Sequence record: OQ032511.1
DNA length: 64,000 nucleotides
Direction: 5' to 3' (one strand)
Origin: Acinetobacter phage nACB1
The notes below the pieces were generated by a model that saw only the letters and a program-made list of their open reading frames with translations, ran no database searches and had not been told where the DNA came from. The position numbers and the translations under genes are program-made. Shown piece after piece: positions 50,003-59,435 of the stretch; position 1 is the first letter of the stretch, and each line of letters opens with the position of its first letter.

Positions 50003-50570
50003 TTTAAGTCAGTGGGAGCGTGAACGCTTTGTCTATGGTGATGCAGCAGGAGATGGTAAAGGAGACTTCTTACGCGTTCATGCTATTAAAGCAGAGCATG
50101 CAGACAATCTCTTATTCTCTTGGCTTAGTGGTGGAGCAAGTGAAGTACGTTTACCTGATGCACTTCCTATAAGTCGTGGTGGTACAGGTTCTGCTACTGT
50201 AGCAGGTACTATTCGTAACCTTGGGTACTTTGAAGATACTAACCATGTCTTACGACGTGGAACTAAAGTATTAACGTTAGCTGATACAGGTATCTTAGAC
50301 CGCTTTCAAAACTTACCTAATGCTACGTTTACTAAGCGTGCTACAGGTGAGTATGTATTGAAAGGTGTTGAACTAGACACTAAGTTGTTTGGTATGGTTT
50401 TCCCTATAACTAATCTAAACCAGTTACGTTATATTGCTACTACTGCTTTAGGTGCTGTAGGTGAGACTATTATCAAAGTCTTTGTAGCTAACAATGCTAC
50501 TAATCCTCCTAGTCCTGGAGCTGCTGTAGACTTACCTACAGGTGTCTACATAGACATAGAATGTAAATAA
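49992..50570 (+). CDS. short tail fiber-like protein
   Basis: 192 aa containing LPISRGGTGSATVAGTIRNLG, a motif recurrent at the N-termini of phage tail fibers and spikes. Confidence 0.5.
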   Translation: MPTNLSQWERERFVYGDAAGDGKGDFLRVHAIKAEHADNLLFSWLSGGASEVRLPDALPISRGGTGSATVAGTIRNLGYFEDTNHVLRRGTKVLTLADTGILDRFQNLPNATFTKRATGEYVLKGVELDTKLFGMVFPITNLNQLRYIATTALGAVGETIIKVFVANNATNPPSPGAAVDLPTGVYIDIECK

Positions 50571-50574
50571 AAAT

Positions 50575-50600
50575 AGCCCTCTTTTGAGGGCTTATTTTTT
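50575..50600. terminator. Bidirectional terminator at the convergence of the + lysis/fiber block and the - early block
   Basis: Hairpin agccctc-tttt-gagggct followed by tatttttt, preceded by aaataaaaat. Confidence 0.7.
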
Positions 50601-50658
50601 ATGGGATGTTACTGATCGCAAATACAATTGCTAAAAATACAAGTAGGTAAACCATAGT

Positions 50659-51333
50659 TTACTCCATCGCATTGATTAACCATTTAGACCAATCTTCAAA
50701 CTCATTCCAATTGGCTTTGAGTTCATCAACAGACATCCACTTGAAATTACAGAACTCAGCAGGGTCAAGATTCAGGCTAGATTCTTTATAACCTGCTTGA
50801 GCAAGTTTTAATAACAATGGGATACCTACATGACGACATGAAGTAGCATTAGTATATGACTGAATAATACGATTAGCTCGATATGTAAAGTCATCTATAC
50901 TACCTAATGCACCAAACTCACGTGGGTCAATACCAAGCTCTTCTTGAAGTTCTCGGATAGCACCTGCGTAAACTAAGGTAGCCAATGGAGGATAATCTTC
51001 ATCAGTATGTAATTTAACATCATACAAATCTTCTTGGCTTACATGTCCACCTATACCAATAGACCATTGTCCAAATAGACCTGCTTCTTTTCCTTTACGT
51101 TGGTAAGCTAAGTATTTACCTGCTTCATTCATGATCTGGAAGTAACCAAGAATTTGAGGAAATGCAAAGCCTACAGCATCAGCAGTACCTGCATGCTCTT
51201 GTTTACTATCCACAATATCACGAGGTAATAATGCATATGCTGTCTGATCAATATCATCAAAAGAAAATGGAATAACACCTAAGTCAGTGTTACCTAATTC
51301 TTTTCGATGGATAGCTATAACTAATTCGCTCAT
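50659..51333 (-). CDS. Nudix hydrolase
   Basis: Nudix box remnant GGHVSQEDL...AIRELQEELGI (RE-U-x-EE-x-G-U). Confidence 0.6.
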   Translation of the reverse strand: MSELVIAIHRKELGNTDLGVIPFSFDDIDQTAYALLPRDIVDSKQEHAGTADAVGFAFPQILGYFQIMNEAGKYLAYQRKGKEAGLFGQWSIGIGGHVSQEDLYDVKLHTDEDYPPLATLVYAGAIRELQEELGIDPREFGALGSIDDFTYRANRIIQSYTNATSCRHVGIPLLLKLAQAGYKESSLNLDPAEFCNFKWMSVDELKANWNEFEDWSKWLINAME

Positions 51334-51701
51334 TTCTTCGCTCGCTTTTTGTATAAAGACTTTCCAAAGATACGGACGTTATTTAAGTAGAAATCTACTT
51401 CATGTTTACGCCAAGCTTTTTTAAAGTCTTCAGTAGATGTTAAGGTGTGAATTTTATATTCACGTTGGGATGAACAGTCTTTATGTGTCCATGACATGAT
51501 GATGTGTGTGTCATTAACATTTACACCACGTTCAATAGTGTGGTTCTTAAATAAAGGTAAACAAGGTGGTATTTTTAGATCATCAATTGTTAATGCCTTT
51601 GGTTTAGGGTCTTTACGTACTAATAACGTAAGTAATCCTGCTAATAAAGCCATAGATAGCCCTATAAGAATCCCTACTAATAATTCAAGTGTCATTGTCA
51701 T
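51330..51701 (-). CDS. membrane protein (123 aa, N-terminal TM)
   Basis: MTMTLELLVGILIGLSMALLAGLLTLLV is a hydrophobic helix followed by a basic soluble domain. Confidence 0.5.
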   Translation of the reverse strand: MTMTLELLVGILIGLSMALLAGLLTLLVRKDPKPKALTIDDLKIPPCLPLFKNHTIERGVNVNDTHIIMSWTHKDCSSQREYKIHTLTSTEDFKKAWRKHEVDFYLNNVRIFGKSLYKKRAKK

Positions 51702-51761
51702 TCCTTAGCACGAACAGCAGCCAGTAAGCGTAAGCTTACGTTAGCTGCGGTGTGAGTGCGG

Positions 51762-52127
51762 TTAATATTTAATAATGAGTTCGTGGTTGATACTGTAAGA
51801 ATCACACATCATCTCAAGATAATGTTTGATGTGAGCTACAGCAACATTGGTAGGATGTTTGTGATACACAGCAGCTACAAGAGCTGACGTTTGAGAGTTC
51901 AGTTTAATGAACGCATGTAAGCCAATAGGCTCTATGAATACTTCTTGTGGTTTAGTTAAATCACGCCAAGTCTTACGTTCTACATCACCCTCTGCAAGAT
52001 CACGTACACATTCCCATACACGACCAATCTGATGTTCAAGTGTTGGTTTGATACCTGAGTTTACAGCATGAGCTAACATGCCCATGTTGTTAAGTAAGTT
52101 ACTTACTTTAATTACTTGGTTTTCCAT
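51762..52127 (-). CDS. hypothetical protein (121 aa)
   Basis: ORF. Confidence 0.5.
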   Translation of the reverse strand: MENQVIKVSNLLNNMGMLAHAVNSGIKPTLEHQIGRVWECVRDLAEGDVERKTWRDLTKPQEVFIEPIGLHAFIKLNSQTSALVAAVYHKHPTNVAVAHIKHYLEMMCDSYSINHELIIKY

Positions 52128-52452
52128 TGTGATCCTCTGCGATTATCTTAAGTAATTTAACTTGCGCTGCAATAGAAGCAGCTATCACAGAATCGTGCGA
52201 AGCAACGAGTTCAGTTTGCGTATAGTATTGTCCATACGCTTTTGCAGAAGCATGTACATACATACCAGTACGTACGACTTTAAGTTCAGTAACGTAAGGT
52301 GGTACAACTAACTTAGGTGGTTTACCTATTGCTTTGTCTAACAGCCAACTTAATAAAGTCCATAAGAGCTTTATCATAATTACTGCGTACACAACACCTA
52401 AGGTGAAGAAGAATCCAACGGAAGTAATCCATGCATATTCAGGAAAGATCAT
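52108..52452 (-). CDS. membrane protein (114 aa)
   Basis: N-terminal hydrophobic segments AWITSVGFFFTLGVVYAVIMIKLLWTLLSWLL. Confidence 0.5.
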   Translation of the reverse strand: MIFPEYAWITSVGFFFTLGVVYAVIMIKLLWTLLSWLLDKAIGKPPKLVVPPYVTELKVVRTGMYVHASAKAYGQYYTQTELVASHDSVIAASIAAQVKLLKIIAEDHNGKPSN

Positions 52453-53057
52453 GAGTGAAGTCCTAGTACTAATTTACCTCGTTCAATCAAGTCTGTGCAT
52501 TCACGAGGTATAATAATTTTCTTAACTGTTATACGAGGGTCTAACATTAAGGATAAGTAACATTGATTGAATGTCTCAATCATGTCAGGGTCTGCAGCAG
52601 CAGAAGTAGGTGACTCCCCTAATGGAATCCCTGGTTGAACTAACGCAACCACATCGTAGAATTTGTTGGTCAGGTCTATACATTCTTCAGTGTACTCTTG
52701 CATCCATTCTTGATCTGCTTCTGTTGGTTCCTTAGGGAATGACCACATAGCATAACCAATAAGGTCTAGCGGAGTACGATCAGAGAATATATTCATAATG
52801 TCTCTGGTCATATGTTGAGGAAATACACGTTTGTTAATATCTACAAGTTTCTGATCAAACAAGTCAAGTAAACACTCTTGTATATGCTTTCGCGTGTGCC
52901 AAGGATAGTCTTGTTTAGCTGATGAGTAACCTATTGAGTGTTGCATCACAGAGATGCCAATAGGCATATACTCACCGCGTAAAGTGCAAGCAAGTGTCTC
53001 AGCTAAAGTGGATTTACCTACACGGTGCGCACCTACTAAACCATGTAGATTAATCAT
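52449..53057 (-). CDS. P-loop nucleotide (dNMP-type) kinase-like protein
   Basis: N-terminal Walker A LVGAHRVGKSTLAETLA at residues 7-23, as in small nucleotide kinases. 202 aa. Confidence 0.5.
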   Translation of the reverse strand: MINLHGLVGAHRVGKSTLAETLACTLRGEYMPIGISVMQHSIGYSSAKQDYPWHTRKHIQECLLDLFDQKLVDINKRVFPQHMTRDIMNIFSDRTPLDLIGYAMWSFPKEPTEADQEWMQEYTEECIDLTNKFYDVVALVQPGIPLGESPTSAAADPDMIETFNQCYLSLMLDPRITVKKIIIPRECTDLIERGKLVLGLHS

Positions 53058-53365
53058 AGGATACCCTTCTTCTCTAAGAATGTAGTTGCCACAATGTTAG
53101 GCTGCATTAAGTAGTCAGTAACATCAATGTTTGGGTCTTCAGCTATACGAGCTTCTACACACTGACCAATGGCACGACCTAACATAAACAATGTCATTGA
53201 GTCATCTTCGGTGTGCCCTCCTACATACATTTTACTGTCTGTAACAGTAATAAGAATTGAGTTGTCTGCTTCAAGAATACACTTGATCATACCTACTATT
53301 TCATTACGCTTATTGATTACGTTGCGAAGTAATCCAACTGTTTTAGTGATCATAACGATCTCCAT
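53054..53365 (-). CDS. hypothetical protein (103 aa)
   Basis: ORF. The terminator-like hairpin aaggagcctaagctcctt lies just upstream at 53369..53388. Confidence 0.5.
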   Translation of the reverse strand: MEIVMITKTVGLLRNVINKRNEIVGMIKCILEADNSILITVTDSKMYVGGHTEDDSMTLFMLGRAIGQCVEARIAEDPNIDVTDYLMQPNIVATTFLEKKGIL

Positions 53366-53391
53366 AATAAAAGGAGCCTAAGCTCCTTGGT

Positions 53392-53697
53392 TTAACTCTT
53401 AAGAGCTGTACTAACACGCTCCTCTAAATACATGACAAGCCTACTACTCATGTGCACACAGGTTGCAGCAAATACAGCTTTAGTTATGAAAGCAGGTAAC
53501 AATGTTGAAATCTGCGGATATAACTCAAGTGCAAACATGAAGGCTAGTAAACACATCATAACTTCGTGGCTTATCCACAGTTTGCTGATGGTTCCTCTTT
53601 TCCTCATTACTTTGCGTACTATAGATACGTAGGCTGTAACACAAGACATTAATACGGCTACCATGAAAGACAATACATCTGGGTCTACATGGCTCAT
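53392..53697 (-). CDS. small multi-TM membrane protein (start probably Met at 53697)
   Basis: The track ORF extends to 53793. The internal start MSHVDPDV leaves a divergent intergenic region 53698..53825. Confidence 0.45.
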   Translation of the reverse strand: MSHVDPDVLSFMVAVLMSCVTAYVSIVRKVMRKRGTISKLWISHEVMMCLLAFMFALELYPQISTLLPAFITKAVFAATCVHMSSRLVMYLEERVSTALKS

Positions 53698-53825
53698 AGA
53701 ACACTCCCTAACTAGACTAAGGTGTATTCTATGGAAGTTTGTCACGCAAATCCAACCTATATAGTATGTAATGAAACTATATGATATTATCAAGCCTTCT
53801 AAAAACCCTATATAGGATATTTAAT

Positions 53826-54149
53826 ATGCCAGTTGATCAAGATGGTAACATCACAACTACCCCTTCAGTTAATGTCAAGACATGGCATGACGTTGTAACC
53901 ACTGATGGTAAAGACGGTATTGCTCTTCAAGTTGGTGGTATGGCTCGTACCCCTCAAGACACTGGTGGTGGTCTCGAATTAGGTGCAGGCACTGCTTATG
54001 TACTCCCTGCTGCAACAACTGCTGCAATTGGTGGTGTTAAGAAAACCCCTACTATTGCTGCTTTAGCAGGTGGTGCAGATGCTGCAGCTATCGTAACAAC
54101 TGTCAATGATTTGATTGCCAAGTTAAAGACAGCGGGTATTGTTTCCTAA
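53826..54149 (+). CDS. head-fiber-like / virion decoration-like small protein, lone + strand gene inside the - block
   Basis: Start MPVDQDGN (the track ORF begins earlier at 53781). The C-terminal LPAATTAAIGGVKKTPTIAALAGGADAAAIVTTVNDLIAKLKTAGIVS resembles, from memory, the Ala/Gly-rich motif of small phage head-fiber-like proteins. A strong terminator follows immediately. Confidence 0.45.
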   Translation: MPVDQDGNITTTPSVNVKTWHDVVTTDGKDGIALQVGGMARTPQDTGGGLELGAGTAYVLPAATTAAIGGVKKTPTIAALAGGADAAAIVTTVNDLIAKLKTAGIVS

Positions 54150-54165
54150 TAGTACTCAATAAGAT

Positions 54166-54192
54166 AAGGCAGCCTAGGCTGCCTTTTTCTTT
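54166..54192. terminator. Bidirectional terminator
   Basis: Hairpin aaggcagcc-ta-ggctgcctt followed by tttctttt. It overlaps the stop codon of DNA polymerase exon 2 on the other strand. Confidence 0.65.
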
Positions 54193-54805
54193 TCATGATA
54201 TTTCTTCATTGCAGCATCTACTACATCACAGAGTTCAACTTTAGTAGCTGTTCTTGGTAATGTAATACCATGAGACCAGTTAGGATAGAACAAGTCTAAG
54301 TCACCTCCAAGTTTCACTTCGTCGTGAGCAATCTCAGGTAAGTCTTGCCATTCCATCTCTTTGGTGAGATGTCTATTAACCCATTCAACAACTTCAAGTT
54401 CGTTACTAATAACGAGATAAATTGCATCATGAATTAATGCTACTGGCATAATCTTAAGTCTGTAAGGTGATGCCCAAACTTTCTCCATGAATGCTACTGC
54501 AGCTCGGTTATTCAATAAGCCATATGATTGGCCCATAGCATTACCTGCTGTACGCATCTCTGCTTTAGCTTCATTAGAAGTAAACTTATTACCTAAGATG
54601 GTTTTCTTGAGTAATGGTGTACGTAACTTCAAACCAAAGGCTAAAGTAACATACCCTAATTTACAGGCTTCTTCTTCAATACGTTTCATAATGAAGTCAT
54701 CACTGACTACATAAAGCTTGTGATACATCTCCTCAATAGCTTTCGCTACCTCAGGTGCAAAACCACAGTTCTTAACTAACGTAGACCATGTGCCCATATA
54801 TGTTA
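54174..54805 (-). CDS. DNA polymerase (family A), exon 2 (C-terminal palm/thumb, motif C)
   Basis: The ORF frame extends upstream of the annotated Met to ...TYMGTWSTLVKNCGFAPEVAKAIEEMY. This aligns with the YG-MSAFGLARQL segment that follows motif B in Pol I-like enzymes. Motif C-like LIHDAIYLV follows. Confidence 0.7.
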
Positions 54806-55648
54806 CATTTATGTTCAGGATAGTTCGTTAGGCTACCCCCGCTTTGTTCAAGCTGCTGTATGTCACCATACAGATCAGACTATATCATCATCCTTTCGGA
54901 TGCCTTGCGCTTCCACTCACTTGAGTGTACGAGCTATCGCTCTAGTCGTTGAACCTTACTTGCATTCACTACTGCTAATACTTTCCTATTACGCTCTGCT
55001 CTTTGTTGCTTTAAAGCTTCATCAAGTTGAGCTTCTAATCCTACCTCTTTAGCTATCTTACGAAGCTTTGTAGATAAGAATGGTACTTTATAAGGGACAC
55101 GTTCAGCTAATGCTGCGTATGTCTCACCACCAAGCACACTATGCAAGCAATCAATAAATTCTTGCTTAGTAAGTCTGTTGGTGTAAGCACGTAAACCTGC
55201 TTGTACCGCATGTTGTGAGTTTCCTACGCTATCGACCCACTCTAAGTTAGAGTAATGGTTGTTAAGCTTATTACCATCCTTATGATTTACTTCAGGTAAA
55301 CCGTGTGGATTACTCACAAATGCTTGTGCTACAAGCCTGTGTACATAGAAAGTTTCTGGTTTGTTATTCTTCCAAAGTTGTACAGTTAAATACTCTACAT
55401 CCTTATGAGGATACAAACCTAAGTAATCTTCTTTGTGATTACTGTATATGAGTCCTGATTCAGTTACTGAGTAGTTCTCATAATTTTTAATAGCTAGTGT
55501 GTTCATAAGCATCTCCTATATTTGCTATGGTGTATCTTAATAGCAAAAGTAGGTGAATGCAAGTCTTGGCTGCTGATTGTCTCATTGAGATGTCCCAGCA
55601 ATTCACAAGGTTTTCATTACGTATTTCTACGTAATGGCGCAAACATTT
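54806..55648 (-). mobile_element. Candidate group I intron (about 843 nt) carrying an HNH homing endonuclease, inserted in DNA polymerase motif B
   Basis: Exon 1 ends ...RQDSKAPTFA followed by TAA. The non-coding flanks (137 nt 5' and 128 nt 3' of the HEG ORF) contain three perfect GNRA-tetraloop hairpins (CAUUACGUA-GAAA-UACGUAAUG, CAUCC-GAAA-GGAUG, CUGUAUG-GUGA-CAUACAG) and GAUGAUAUAGUCUGA, which resembles the group I S element AAGAUAUAGUCC. The proposed boundaries, 5' exon ending in U and intron ending in G, restore RQDSKAPTFALTYMG (R-x3-K-x3-F-x3-Y). Confidence 0.55.
54934..55506 (-). CDS. HNH homing endonuclease (NUMOD4 + HNH_3) encoded within the intron
   Basis: Start MNTLAIKNYENYSVTESGLIYS with AGGAGA RBS (the track ORF adds MLM upstream). 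HNH core EVNHKDGNKLNNHYSNLEWV. Confidence 0.8.
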   Translation of the reverse strand: MNTLAIKNYENYSVTESGLIYSNHKEDYLGLYPHKDVEYLTVQLWKNNKPETFYVHRLVAQAFVSNPHGLPEVNHKDGNKLNNHYSNLEWVDSVGNSQHAVQAGLRAYTNRLTKQEFIDCLHSVLGGETYAALAERVPYKVPFLSTKLRKIAKEVGLEAQLDEALKQQRAERNRKVLAVVNASKVQRLER

Positions 55649-57641
55649 ACGCAAATGTAGGTGCTTTACTGTCCTGACGCTCAGTTGGATACTTATCTTC
55701 AATACTGTTGATAGAGTCAACAGAAGTAGGATCAATGTCTGGCATACGATCACCAAAGTAAGCATAAGCACGTAGACAGTGACCATCATAACCATCTGTA
55801 TAAACCTTGAGTTTCTCAGGGTCTTTAGTGGTTAATGCTGAGATACGATCTTCTAATGATGCAAAGTCTGCACCACAGAAAATACTGCCATAAGCTGCTG
55901 CAAAGCATGACTTAATTAGCTTACCTAAATCTCCGCCTGCAGGCAGGTTTTGAAGATTAGGATCACTGGATGAAAGTCTGCCTGACTTAGTTCCTCCAAT
56001 ATTGAATGAACCATGTAGGTAAGCCATACCATCAGCTTTAAGCCATGCATCTTCAAACGCAGGGATAAACCCAGTTAGAATCTTCACAAGCTTGGTGTAC
56101 TTATGGAGAGCTTCCATGACCTCTAATTTCTCAGGGTCATTTGTATGCTTACGTAAAGCCTTAATGACTTTACCTCCAGTTGCTCGCTCACCTGAATCAG
56201 TCCACTCAATGACTGGCATTTCCATAACGTCGTATAACAGTACAGCTAGTTGCTGACCGCTATTAAAGTTCAATGGTTCATTAAACTCATGACGCTCTAC
56301 AACCTTCTTCTTTAAAGAAGCTTGTTTGTCTTTCCATGCCTTAGTCTGAAGCTTGTCAGTAGCTTCTTGGACATACGCATTACATTCCATGATCTGAACA
56401 TAACTGTCTGATTCAGCTTGTAGCTGTGCTTTAACTTCCTGAACACGTTCAGGTATCAAAGGTAAACCATGACATTCAATCTGAATAATCATCCGTAAAG
56501 ATGGGATCATCAAATTGTTATAAATATCTAGTTGTTCCTCAGCTACCATAATTGGATAGTAAGTCTCATACACATAGTTTGTACTAAGTACATCTACTAA
56601 GTTGTATCGTAAGATTTGTTCAGCAGGGATACGACGAATGTCTTTAATGTCATCTTCTGCCCAGTTACCTGCAAATGGTTGTGCAAGTACTTTAAGCCCA
56701 TACAGCGTTTGAGCTGTCTGGTTTAAACTGAGATATGCAATGATCTTGGTATCATCAAAGCAACGTGTCAGAACTTTTAGTCCTGTTAACATACCTTCCC
56801 AATCAAGAGGATGTTTCATCCATAAAGAATGAATCAAACACTTGAAGTCATATGAAGCATTATGAGCTATCAGCTTACCGCGATAACCTTCAAAGAACTT
56901 ACGTAGCAATTCCTTAGTTTTAGTTGCTTCAGCGCGTACGCCGTAGTAACCATCCTCAGGAACAATTGGCTGATACTCTACAAAGAAAGCACAGCCTGTA
57001 TGTTTAGACTCTGCAAATGCAATAGTACCTAAACCTGCATCACGTAGGTTCAACGAGAATGCTTCAATATCTACAGCTAATTGAGGTTGGTTTGACAAGA
57101 ATGCCAATTCCTTTTTCAATGCAGATACTGAGTTGGGATAACGCTCTTCATGGATAATGTCAGAGCCAATCTCTACATAGCTACCATGGTAATGAGTTGT
57201 TAAGGCTTGAAGACTGAGATCAATCTTCTCCTTTTGGTTTGGGTTATGAAACAATGCACCGTAACCTAATGAATAGATCACGTACATATCTTCAAACCCT
57301 GGGATACCACATTCACTGACATAACCTAAGTTAACGTCAGCTTTACGTTCTTTGGCTAAGACTTTGTAATAAGCAGAATCAGCTACAAATAAGTATTTGA
57401 TACCTGCTCGTTTATAGTCATCTAACCAATCAGCAATATATTCTTTAATGAGTGTTACAGGTGCTTTACCTGCACGTGTATAGTCTAAGCTCATCGCTAC
57501 GATTTCTTCACGTGGGATACCTGCATCAACCATAGGCTGAACATAGTACTGAATTAATTGTTGCTCTTTAAAAGCAGATTCCTTGATGAGAATACCAATT
57601 TTTGGGGTAGTGTCCCCATCAACGAACTTTAGTGTCTTCAC
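55649..57641 (-). CDS. DNA polymerase (family A), exon 1 (3'-5' exonuclease plus polymerase motifs A and start of B)
   Basis: Exo I VDIEAFSL. Exo III HNASYDFKCL. Pol motifs SSSDPNLQNLP and CGADFASLEDRI (motif A). Ends within motif B (RQDSKAPTFA). Confidence 0.8.
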
Positions 57642-58159
57642 ATAGTTGCTCCTAAAAGTACTCGCATATCAAATTTAGTAAAGTACTGTTCGTACTCATC
57701 TTTGAATGCTTTAACATCATCAAGTGACATTAGTGGTTTAGATTCCATCTGGAAGAAGCCTGCTTCATTGATTGCTGCATGCATACACTCTGGAAGTAAC
57801 TCCAATAAGTCTTCTGCATACTTTGCAATACGTATGGCGTGTGAAACCATGTTCTGACAGATACGCGCTTCTTCTGATAACTCTACTACAAACATTTGGT
57901 ATGCATCATTAAACTCTTGTTTCAATGACTCATGTAGCTGCTGTACACCACTACGCAATACTGTGTCACCCTCTATAAAGTAGGTAACACCTTTGTACTT
58001 AAATTGCATCACACGGTTAGGCATTAGCTCACCATGTCGCTTACAGAACTCTGTATAAACTCGTTCCCAAGCTTTGTTAGCCTGACCAAACAGATCACGA
58101 TTGATCTGATTGATTAAGCGTTGGTTTGATGCCATTACGTGTGAACGTGAGAATGACAT
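57638..58159 (-). CDS. hypothetical protein (173 aa)
   Basis: ORF between the helicase and polymerase genes, overlapping both by 1-4 nt. Confidence 0.5.
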   Translation of the reverse strand: MSFSRSHVMASNQRLINQINRDLFGQANKAWERVYTEFCKRHGELMPNRVMQFKYKGVTYFIEGDTVLRSGVQQLHESLKQEFNDAYQMFVVELSEEARICQNMVSHAIRIAKYAEDLLELLPECMHAAINEAGFFQMESKPLMSLDDVKAFKDEYEQYFTKFDMRVLLGATM

Positions 58160-59382
58160 TAGATGTCTCCTGTGAATACCACTTTATTACGTGCACGCGA
58201 TACAGCTACGTACAGCATACGATTTACTTGATCTTTATCACGGCATCCGCCTATGTCATTAAGATCAATATACACAGTGTCGTAAGTACTACCCTGTGCT
58301 TTGTTGACTGTTGAAGCATACATTAAACGTAGATCAGCATAGTGTTCCATAATCCAATCACCTTTAGTATGTTGATCTGTGTCGTACATTCTTTTAGCTG
58401 CACCTAACACGTCAGTCATATTACGTGGTTGCCATACTGATACACCAAATGAAGTTTGCACTTCACGTGATTCAATACCACTTTGATCAACACGCCACTG
58501 ACCTAAACCAATTACTTGGAATGTACTGTCAGTAGCAAAGCGGAAATTACGATTAATACGGTGCTGCTTATTAACATTCACAACATCACCAATTTGAATT
58601 TCTGGTGAACCATTACGAGCGAGAGATACTATCTCATTAAAGTAGATAGCTCGCTTATTAGTCCATGCTAGCGCACGTACGCTGTTTACAGGGTTGTTTA
58701 GGACATCCTGTACAAATGCTGCTTCAAAGTCTTTCTGTGGCATATGGATGATATTAACACCATCTACGCCTGCACTAGGCATAGGTGCACCTTCAACAAG
58801 TGAACGGAGTCCACGAGACAATGCTTGAATAGGACTATCATCAGACTGACGAACAATCTGATTTAAAGTTACTGTCGGATACCCTGCATTGAATACAGGA
58901 GTTACATCTGAACCTACTGGTTTAAGCTGATTAGGATCACCTAAAAAGATAACCTTACAGTTACGTAGTTTGTTCTGGATGTAAGCTAATAGTTCTTTAT
59001 CAATGAAAGATGCTTCATCAATAACAACTACTTGATCTGCTAGACCAGACTTACCAGTATCCATAATCTTAGTACGTCCATAACCAATGTTCTGAACGCG
59101 TAAACCAAGTAATGAATGAATGGTTACACACTCACGTTTAGTGGCATTAGCTAAAGCATCTGCAGCTTTGTTTGTAGTAGCAGTTAATACTACTTCTATA
59201 TCTTTAAAGGCTCCACCTGATAAAGATACGAATTGAGGCCACTCATCCATGAACGTATTCATTAGAGTGGTTTTGCCTACGCCTGCCCCACCTTCGATAA
59301 CAAGAGTCTGTTGGTTAGTGGTTACAAGCGTAATGATTGCAGCATAGGCATCTTGCTGATCTTGGGTAAGCTGAATAGACAT
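58159..59382 (-). CDS. SF1 DNA helicase (Dda/RecD-like)
   Basis: Walker A GGAGVGKTT. Walker B VVIDEASF. GDPNQLKPV. Motif VI-like TVNKAQGSTYDTVYIDL. Confidence 0.8.
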   Translation of the reverse strand: MSIQLTQDQQDAYAAIITLVTTNQQTLVIEGGAGVGKTTLMNTFMDEWPQFVSLSGGAFKDIEVVLTATTNKAADALANATKRECVTIHSLLGLRVQNIGYGRTKIMDTGKSGLADQVVVIDEASFIDKELLAYIQNKLRNCKVIFLGDPNQLKPVGSDVTPVFNAGYPTVTLNQIVRQSDDSPIQALSRGLRSLVEGAPMPSAGVDGVNIIHMPQKDFEAAFVQDVLNNPVNSVRALAWTNKRAIYFNEIVSLARNGSPEIQIGDVVNVNKQHRINRNFRFATDSTFQVIGLGQWRVDQSGIESREVQTSFGVSVWQPRNMTDVLGAAKRMYDTDQHTKGDWIMEHYADLRLMYASTVNKAQGSTYDTVYIDLNDIGGCRDKDQVNRMLYVAVSRARNKVVFTGDI

Positions 59383-59400
59383 ATAAAAATCTCAATAAAA

Positions 59401-59428
59401 AATAGCTACCTGATTAGGTAGCTATTGG
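59401..59428 (-). terminator. Rho-independent terminator between the AAA ATPase and helicase genes
   Basis: Minus-strand hairpin AUAGCUACC-UAAUCA-GGUAGCUAU followed by UUUUUUAUU. Confidence 0.5.
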
Positions 59429-59435
59429 GGGTTAA

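Noticed and set aside
54806-55648. Intein explanation for the interrupted polymerase
   Set aside because: The insert begins with an in-frame stop, has non-coding structured flanks and a separately initiated HNH ORF with its own RBS. An in-frame protein-splicing element would show none of these.
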